Below are positions 56,431 through 64,000 of a stretch of 64,000 bases of DNA, one piece after another (position 1 is the first letter of the stretch; each line of letters starts with the position of its first letter). A model generated the notes under the pieces. It was not told the origin of the DNA. It ran no database searches and worked only from the letters and a program-made list of their open reading frames with translations. The translations under genes and the position numbers were made by a program. Source of the DNA: the human T2T-CHM13v2.0 reference genome, Homo sapiens; the NCBI GenBank assembly GCA_009914755.4, contig CP068257.2:10112001-10176000 (forward strand). The letters are read 5' to 3'.

Positions 56431-59400
56431 GAAAGTTTCAAAACTGCTCTATCACAAGATAGGTTCAACTCTGTGAGATGAATGCACACATCACAAAGAA
56501 GTTTCTCATAATGCTTCTGTGTAGTTTTTATGAGAAGATATTTATTTTTCCATCATAGGTCTCAAAGCACTCCAATTATCCACTTGCAGATTCTACAAAA
56601 AGAGAGTTTCAAAATGCTCAATCAAAAGAAAAGTTGAACTCTGTGAGATGAATGTTCACATCACAAAGAAGTTTCTCAGAATTCTTCTGTGTAGTTGTTA
56701 TGTGAAGATATTTCCTTTTCCACAGTATGGCTCTGAGGGCTCCAAATATCCAGCTGCAGATTCTACTAAAACAGTGTTTCCAAACTGCTAAATCAAAAGA
56801 AAGGTTCTACACTGTGAGATGAATGCACACATCACAAAGTAGTTTCTGAGAAGGCTTCTGTGTAGTTTTTATATGAAGATATTTCCATTTCCACAATAGG
56901 TCTCAAAGTGCTCCAAATATCCACTTGCAGATTTTACAAAAAGAGTGTTTCAAAATTGCCCAATCAAATGACAAGTTCAGCTCTGTGAGATGAATGCACA
57001 CATAACAAAGAAGTTTCTCAGAATGCTTCTCTGTAATTTTGGGGGAAAGATATTTCCTTTTCCACCATCGGCTACAAATGTCTCAAAATAACCACATGCA
57101 GATTCTACAAAAAGAGAGTTTCCAAACTGCTCTATCAAAAGATAGGTTCAACTCTGCGAGTTGAATGCAAACATCACAAAGAAGTTTCACAGAATGCTTC
57201 TGGGTAGTTTCTATGTGAAGATATGTCCTTTTCCACCATAGGCCTCAAAACGCTCTAAATATCCACTTGCAGACTCTACGAAAACAGTGTTTCAAAACTG
57301 CTCAATCAAAAGAAAGCTTCAACTCTGTGAAATCAATGCACACATCACAAAGAAGGTTCTCGGAATGCTTCTCTGCAGCTTTTAAGAGAATATATTTCCT
57401 TTTCCACAGCAGGCAACAAAGGACTCCAAATATCCATTTGCAGTTTGTACAAAAAGAGAATTTCAACACTGCTCTATCAAAAGACAATTTCAACTCTGTG
57501 ATATGAATGCACACATCACAAAGTATTTTCTCAGAATGCTTCTGTGTAGTTTTTATGTGAAGATATTTCCTTTTCCACCACAAGGCAAAACGGGCTCCAA
57601 ATATCCACGTGCAGATTATACAAAAAGAGTGTTTCAAAACTGCTCAATGAAAAGAAATTTCAACTCTGTGAGATGACTGCACTCAAAACAAAGAACTTTC
57701 TGAGAAAGCTTCTGTGTAGCTTTTATGTGAAAGTATTCCCTTTTCCACAATAGGCCTCAAAGCACTCCAAATATCCAATTGCAGATTCTACAAAAAGAGT
57801 GTTTCAAAACTGCTCAATCAACTGAAAGATTCAACTCTGTGAGTTGAATACACACATCACAAAGAAGTTTCTCAGAATGCTTCTGTGTAGTTTTTATGTG
57901 AAGATATTTCCTATTCAACAATAGGCCGCAAAGGGCTCCAAACATCCACTTGCAGATTCTACAAAAAGAGAGTTTCAAAACTGCTCTATGAAAAGATAGG
58001 TTCAACTCTGTGAGCTGAATGCACACATCAGACAGAAGTTTCTCAGTATGCTTCTGTGTAGTGTTTATGAGAAGATATTTCCTTTTCCACCATAGGCAGA
58101 AAAGGGCTACAAATATCCTCTTGCAGATTCTACAAAAAGAGTTTCAAAACTGCTATATAAAAAGATAGGTTCAACACTATGAGTCGAATGCACACATCAC
58201 AAAGAAGTTTCTCAGAATGTTTCTGTGTAGTGTTTATATGAAGATATTTCCTTTCCACCATAGACCTCAAAGCGCTCAAAATATCCACTTGCAGATTCTA
58301 CAAAAAGAGTGTTTCAAAACGGCTCTATGGAATGAAAGTTTCAACTCTGTGAGATGAATGCACACTTCACAAAGAAGTTTGTCAGCATGCTTCTGTGAAG
58401 TTTTTATATGAAGATATTTCCTTTTCCACCATAGGCCTCAATGCGCTCCTTGTATCCACTTGCAGATTCTACAAAAAGATTTTCAAAAATGCTCAATGAA
58501 ATGAAAGGTGCAACTCTGTGCGATGAATGCACACATCACAAAGAATTTTCACAGAATGCTTCTGTGTAGTTTTTCTGTGAAGATATTTCCTTTTCCACAA
58601 TAGACCTCAAAGTGCTTCATATATCTACTTGCAGATTCTACAAAAAGAGTGTTTCCAAGCTGCTCAATCAAAAAGAGTTTCACCTCTGTGAGATGAATGC
58701 ACACAATAAAAGAAGTTTCTCTGAATGCTTCTGTGTGCTTTTTATGTGAAGATATTGCCATTTCCTCCAAAGGCCCCAAAGGGCTCCAAATATCCACTTG
58801 CAGATTGTACAAAAAGAGAGTTTCAAAACTGCCCTATCAAAAGATATTTTCAACTTTGTGTGTTGAATGCACACATGACAAAGAAGTTTCTCAGAATGTT
58901 CCTGTGTAGTTTTTTTGTTAAGATATTTACTTTTTCTCTGTACTCTGCAAAGGGCTCCTAATATCCGCTTGCAGATTCTACAAAAAGAAGGTTTCCAAAC
59001 TGCTCTAACAAAAGATAGGTTCAACTCTTTGAGTTGAATGCTCACATCACAAAGAAGTTTCTCAGATTGCTTCAGTGTAGTTTTTATGTGAAGATATTTC
59101 CTTTTCCAACATAGGCATCAAAGGGCTCCAAATATCCACTTACAGATTCTACACAAAGAGAGTTCCAAAACGGCTCTATAAAAAGATAGGTTGAACTCTG
59201 TGAGTTGAATGCACACATCACAAAGAAGTTTCTCAGAAAGCTTCTGTGTTGTTTTTATGTGAAGATATTTCCTTTTCCACCATAGGCCTCACAGTGCTCC
59301 AAATATCCCATTGCAGATTCTACCCAAAGAGTGTTTCAAAAGTGCTCAATCAAAAGAAACGTTCAAATTTTTGAGATGAATACACATATCACAACGAAGT

Positions 59401-62400
59401 TTCTCAGAATCCTTCTGTGTAGTTTTTGTGTGAAGATATTTCCTTTTCCATCATAGGAGCAAATGGCTCCAAATATCCACTTGTAGATTCTACCAAAAGA
59501 GAGTTTCAAAACTTCTCTATCAAAAGATAGGTTCAACTCTGTGAGCTGAATGCACACATCTCAAAGAAGTTTCTCAGAATGCTTCTGTTCCTTTTTTATG
59601 TTAATATATTTCCTTCTACACCACAGGCCACAAAGGGCTCCCAATATCCACTTGCAGATTCTGCAAAATGAGAGTTTCAATACTGCTCTGTCAAAAGATA
59701 GGTTCAACTACGTGAGCTGAATGCACACATCACAAAGAAGTTTCTCAGAATACTTCTGTGTAGTTTTTATGTAAAGATGTTTCATTTTCCACCATAGGCC
59801 TCAATGTGCTCCAAATTTCCACTTGCAGATTCTTCAAAAAGAGTGTTTCATAACTCCTCAATCAAAAGAAAGTTTCAACTCTGTGAGATGAATGAGCACA
59901 TCACAAAGAAGTTTCTCACAATGCTTCTGTGCAGTTCTTATGTGAAGATATTTCCCTTCCCAACATAGGCCACAAAGGTCTCTAAATATCCCCTTGCAGA
60001 TTCTACAAAAAGAGAGTTTCAAAACTGCTCTATCAAAATATATGTTCAACTCTGTGAGATGAATGCACACCTCAGAAACAAGTTTCTCAGAATGCTTCTC
60101 TGTAGTTTTTACGTGAAGATATCTCATTTTCCACCATAGGCCTCAACGTGCTCAAATACCACTTGCAGATTCTACAAAAAGAGTGTTTCAATACTGCTCA
60201 AGTCTAAAGAAAGGATCAACCCTGTGACACAAATGCACACAAAACAAAGAAGTGTCTCAGAATCCTTCTGTGTAGTTTGTATGTGAAGATGTTACCTTTT
60301 CCACATTAGGCGACAAAGCACTCCAAATTTCCAATTGCAGATTCTACAAAAAGAGTGTTTCAAAACTACTCAATCAAATGAAAGGTTCAACTCTGTGAGC
60401 TGAATGTACACATCACAAGGAAGTTTCTCAGAATGTTTCTGTGTAGTTTTTAGAGGAAGATATTTCTTTTTCCACCACTGGCCACAATGGGCTCCAAATA
60501 ATCACACACAGATTCTACAAAAAGACTGTTTCAAAACTGCTATATCAAAAGATCAGTACAATGCTGCGAGTTGAATGCACACATCACAAAGAAATTTCTC
60601 GGAATCCTTCTGTGTAGTTTTTATGTGAAGATATATCCCTTTCCACCATAGGCCTCAAAGCGCTCCATATATCCACTTGCAGATTCTGTGAAAAAAGTGT
60701 CTCAAATCTGTTCAAACAATACAAAATTTAACACTCTGAGATGAATGCACACATTACAAAGAATTTTCCCAGAATACTTCTGTGTAGTTTTTAGGGGAAC
60801 ATATTTCCTTTTCCTCCATTGGCCACAAAGGGTTCCAAACAACCACATGCAGATTTTACAAAAAGAAAGTGCCAAAACTGCTCAATCAAAAGAAAGATTC
60901 AACTCTGTGAGATGAATGCACACATCACACGAAGTTTCTCAGAATGCTTCTGTGTTGTTTTTATGTGAAGATATTTCCTTTTCCACCATAGGCCTCTAAG
61001 TGCACCAACTATACACTTCCAGATTCTACAAAAAGAATGTTTTAAAACTGCTCAATCAAAAGAAAGTATCAACTCTGTGAGGAAATGCACACATCACAAA
61101 GAAGTTTCTCAGAATGATTCTGTGTAGTTTTTAAGTGAAGGTATTTACTTTTATACAATACGGCTCCAAGGGCTCCAAATATTCACTTGCATTTCTACTG
61201 AAAGAATTTTTCCAAACTGCTCAATCAAAAGAATGGTTCAACTGTGTGAGATGAGTGCACACATCACAAAAAGTTTCTAAGCATGCTTCTGTGTAGTTTT
61301 AGGGAAGGATATTTCCTTTTCCACCATTGGCCAAAAAGGGCTCCAAATATCCACTTGCACATTTTACATAAAGACAGTTTCAAAACTGCTCTATCAAAAG
61401 ACATATTCAACTCTGTGAGTTGAATGCACACATCACAAAGAAGTTTCTCAGAATGCTTTTCTGTAGTTTTTATGTTAAGATATTTCCTTTTCTACAATGG
61501 ACTTCAAAGTGCTCCAAATATCCACTTGAAGATTCTATGAAAAGAGTTTTTCCAAACTGCTCAATCAGAAGAAAGGTTCAACTCTGTGAGATGAATGCAC
61601 AAATCACAACAAAGTTTCTCAAAATGCATCTGTGTAGTTTTTGTGTGAAGATATATCCTTTTCCACCATAGACCACAAAGAGCTCCAAATATCCACTTGC
61701 AGATTCTACAAAAAGAGAGTTTCAAAACTGCTCAAAAAAAAGATAGGTTCAACTCTGTCAGATGAATGCACACAAAACAAAGAAGTGTCTCAGAATGCTT
61801 CTGTGTAGTTTGTATGTGAAGATATTACCTTTTCCACATTAGGTGACAAAGCACTCCAAATTTCCAATTGCAGATGCTACAAAAAGAGTGTTTCAAAACT
61901 ACTCAATCAAATGAAAGGTTCAACTCTGTGAGCTGAATATACACATCACAAAGAAGTTTCTCAGAATGTTTCTGTGTAGTTTTTAGAGAAAGACATTTCC
62001 TTTTCCACCATTGGCCACAAAGGGCTCCAAATAATCACACACAGATTCTACAAAAAGACTGTTTCAAAACTGCTATATCAAAAGATAAGTTCAACTTTGC
62101 AAGTTGAATGCACACATCACAAAGAAGTTTCTCAGAATCCCTCTGTGTAGAGTGTCTCAAAACTGCTCAAACAATAGAAACTTTAACACCATGATATGAA
62201 TGCATACATTACAAAGAAGTTTCTCAGAATGCTTCTGTGTAGTTTTTAGGGGTACATATTTCCTTTTCATCCATTGGCCACAAAGGGCTCCAAATAACCA
62301 CATGCAGAATTTACACAAAGAAAGTTTCAAAACTACTCAATCAAAAGAAAGGTTCCACTCTATGAGATGAATACACACATCACAACGAAGTTTCTCAGAA

Positions 62401-64000
62401 TGCTTCCATGTTGTTTTTATGTGAAGCTATTTCCTTTTCCACCATAGGCCTCTAAGCGCACCAAATATCCACTTGCAGATTCTACAAAAAGAGTGTTTCA
62501 AAACTACTCAACTAAAAGAAAGGTTCAACTCTGTGAGATGAATGCACACATCACAGAGAAGTTTCTGAGAATGCTTCTGTTAATTTTTATGTGAATATAT
62601 TTCCTTTTCTACAAAGGCCCCAAGGCTCTGCAAATATCCACTTGCAGATTCTACAAAAAGAGTGTTTCAAAACTCCTCAATCAAATGAAAGGTTCAAATA
62701 TGTGAGCTAAATGCACACATGACAAAGAAGTTTCTCAGAATGCTTCTGTGTACTTTTTATGAGAAGATATTTCCTTTTCCACCATAGGCCTCAAAGGGCT
62801 CCAAATATACACATGAAGATTCCAAAAAAAGACAGTTTCAAAACTCCTCTAACAAAAGATAGGTTCAACTCTGTGACTTGAATGCACACATCAAAAGCAG
62901 TTTATCAGAGTAATTCTGTGTAGTTTTTATGTGAAGATATTTCCTTTTCCACCAATGGCCAAAATGCCCTCCAAATATCCACATGCAGATTCTACGAAAA
63001 GAGTGTTTCCAATCTGCTCAAAAGAAAGGTTCAACTTTGTGAGATGAAAACACACATCACAAGGAAGTTTCTCAGAATGCTTCCATGCAGTTTTTATGTT
63101 AAGATATTTCTTTTTCCACCATGGGTCATAAGGGCTCCAAATATCCCCTTGCAGGTTCTACAAAAAGAGAGTTTCAAAACTGCCGTATCAAAAGATAGGT
63201 TCAACTCTGTGAGATGAATACACACATCACAAAGAAGTTTCTCAGAATGCTTCTGCTTATTTTTTTGTGAAGATATTACCTTTTCCACCATATGCCTCCA
63301 AGTCCTCTAAATATGCACTTGCAGATTCTACAAAAAAAGAGATTCAAAATTACTCAATCAAAAGGAAGTTTCAACTCTGTGAGACGAATGCACACATCAC
63401 AAAGAAGTTTCTCAGAATGCTTCTATGTAGTTTTTATGTGAAGATATTTCCTTTTCCACATTAGGCCTCCAAGGGCTCCAAATATCCACTTGCAGATTCT
63501 ACAAAAAGATTGTTTCCAAACTGCTCAATCAAAAGAAATTTTCAACACTGTGAGATGAATGCACACATCTCAAAGAAGTTTCTGATAATGCTTCTGTGCA
63601 GTTTTTATGTGAAGATGTTTCCTTTTCCACAATAGGCCTCACAGCACTCCAATTATACCCTTGCAGATCCCACAAAAAGAGTGTTTGAAAACTGCTCAAT
63701 CAAATGAAAGTTTCACCTCTGTGAGAAGAATGCACACATCCCAAAGAAGTTTCTCAGAATGCTTCTGTGTAGTTTTTATATAAAGATATTTCCTTTTCCA
63801 CCATAGGCCTCAAAGGGCTCCGAATATCCCCTTGCAGATTCTACAAAAAGAGAGTTTCAAAACTGCTCTATCAAAAGATAGGTTCAAATCTGTGTGATAA
63901 ATGCACACATCCCAAACAAATTTCTCAGAATGCTTCTGTGTATTTTTTATGTGAAGATATTTCAATTTCCACCATAGGCCTCAAAGCTCTCCAATTATCC
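56431..64000 (-). repeat. Alpha satellite, reverse orientation, A/B dimeric family, running to the end of the window
   Basis: Same monomer features as above. Confidence 0.92.
60130..63250 (-). repeat. Local 9-monomer (~1.54 kb) tandem duplication in alpha satellite, second copy carrying a ~130-bp internal deletion
   Basis: ccacattagg[ct]gacaaagcactccaaatttccaattgcagat[tg]ctacaaaaagagtgtttcaaaactactcaatcaaatgaaaggttcaactctgtgagctgaat[ga]tacacatcacaa[ga]gaagtttctcagaatgtttctgtgtagtttttagag[ga]aaga[tc]atttc occurs at 60301 and 61844, an offset of 1543 bp. The blocks just upstream also match (gtgtctcagaat[cg]cttctgtgtagtttgtatgtgaagat[ga]ttaccttttccacattagg). In copy 2 the sequence jumps from ccctctgtgtag directly to agtgtctcaaaactgctcaaacaatagaaac at 62150, omitting ~130 bp that are present in copy 1 at 60620-60750. 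Confidence 0.75.

Overview
No prokaryotic gene system is present. The window is primate (almost certainly human) centromeric/pericentromeric satellite DNA, with no identifiable cellular protein-coding gene. Layout: 1-12700 is a 171-bp alpha-satellite array in reverse-consensus orientation, interrupted by a 5'-truncated L1 (10758-11930). 12701-20415 is a pentameric (GGAAT)n / (GGAGT)n HSat3-type satellite containing ten periodic copies of a ~57-bp Alu right-arm fragment. 20416-26626 is alpha satellite in consensus orientation, with a local 6-monomer periodicity. A strand switch at ~26627 leads into a second alpha-satellite type with A/B dimeric alternation, in reverse orientation to 64000. This last domain carries a full-length but dead L1 (35998-41996), which has perfect 16-bp target-site duplications and a candidate 3' transduction. 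It also carries two more 5'-truncated L1 3' ends (48514-49882 minus; 55744-56430 plus) and local 12-monomer and 9-monomer duplications. No alpha monomer carries an intact CENP-B box. Nearly all ORFs in the supplied six-frame track are artefacts of stop-free repeat periodicity (171 bp = 57 codons; pentamers), and the only real coding remnants are the L1 ORF1/ORF2 pseudogenes. The points worth a second look are structural: HSat3 flanked by inverted alpha satellite, two Alu-tagged HSat3 sub-arrays, the alpha-satellite orientation/family breakpoint, the local higher-order duplications, and the L1 insertions as dating markers.
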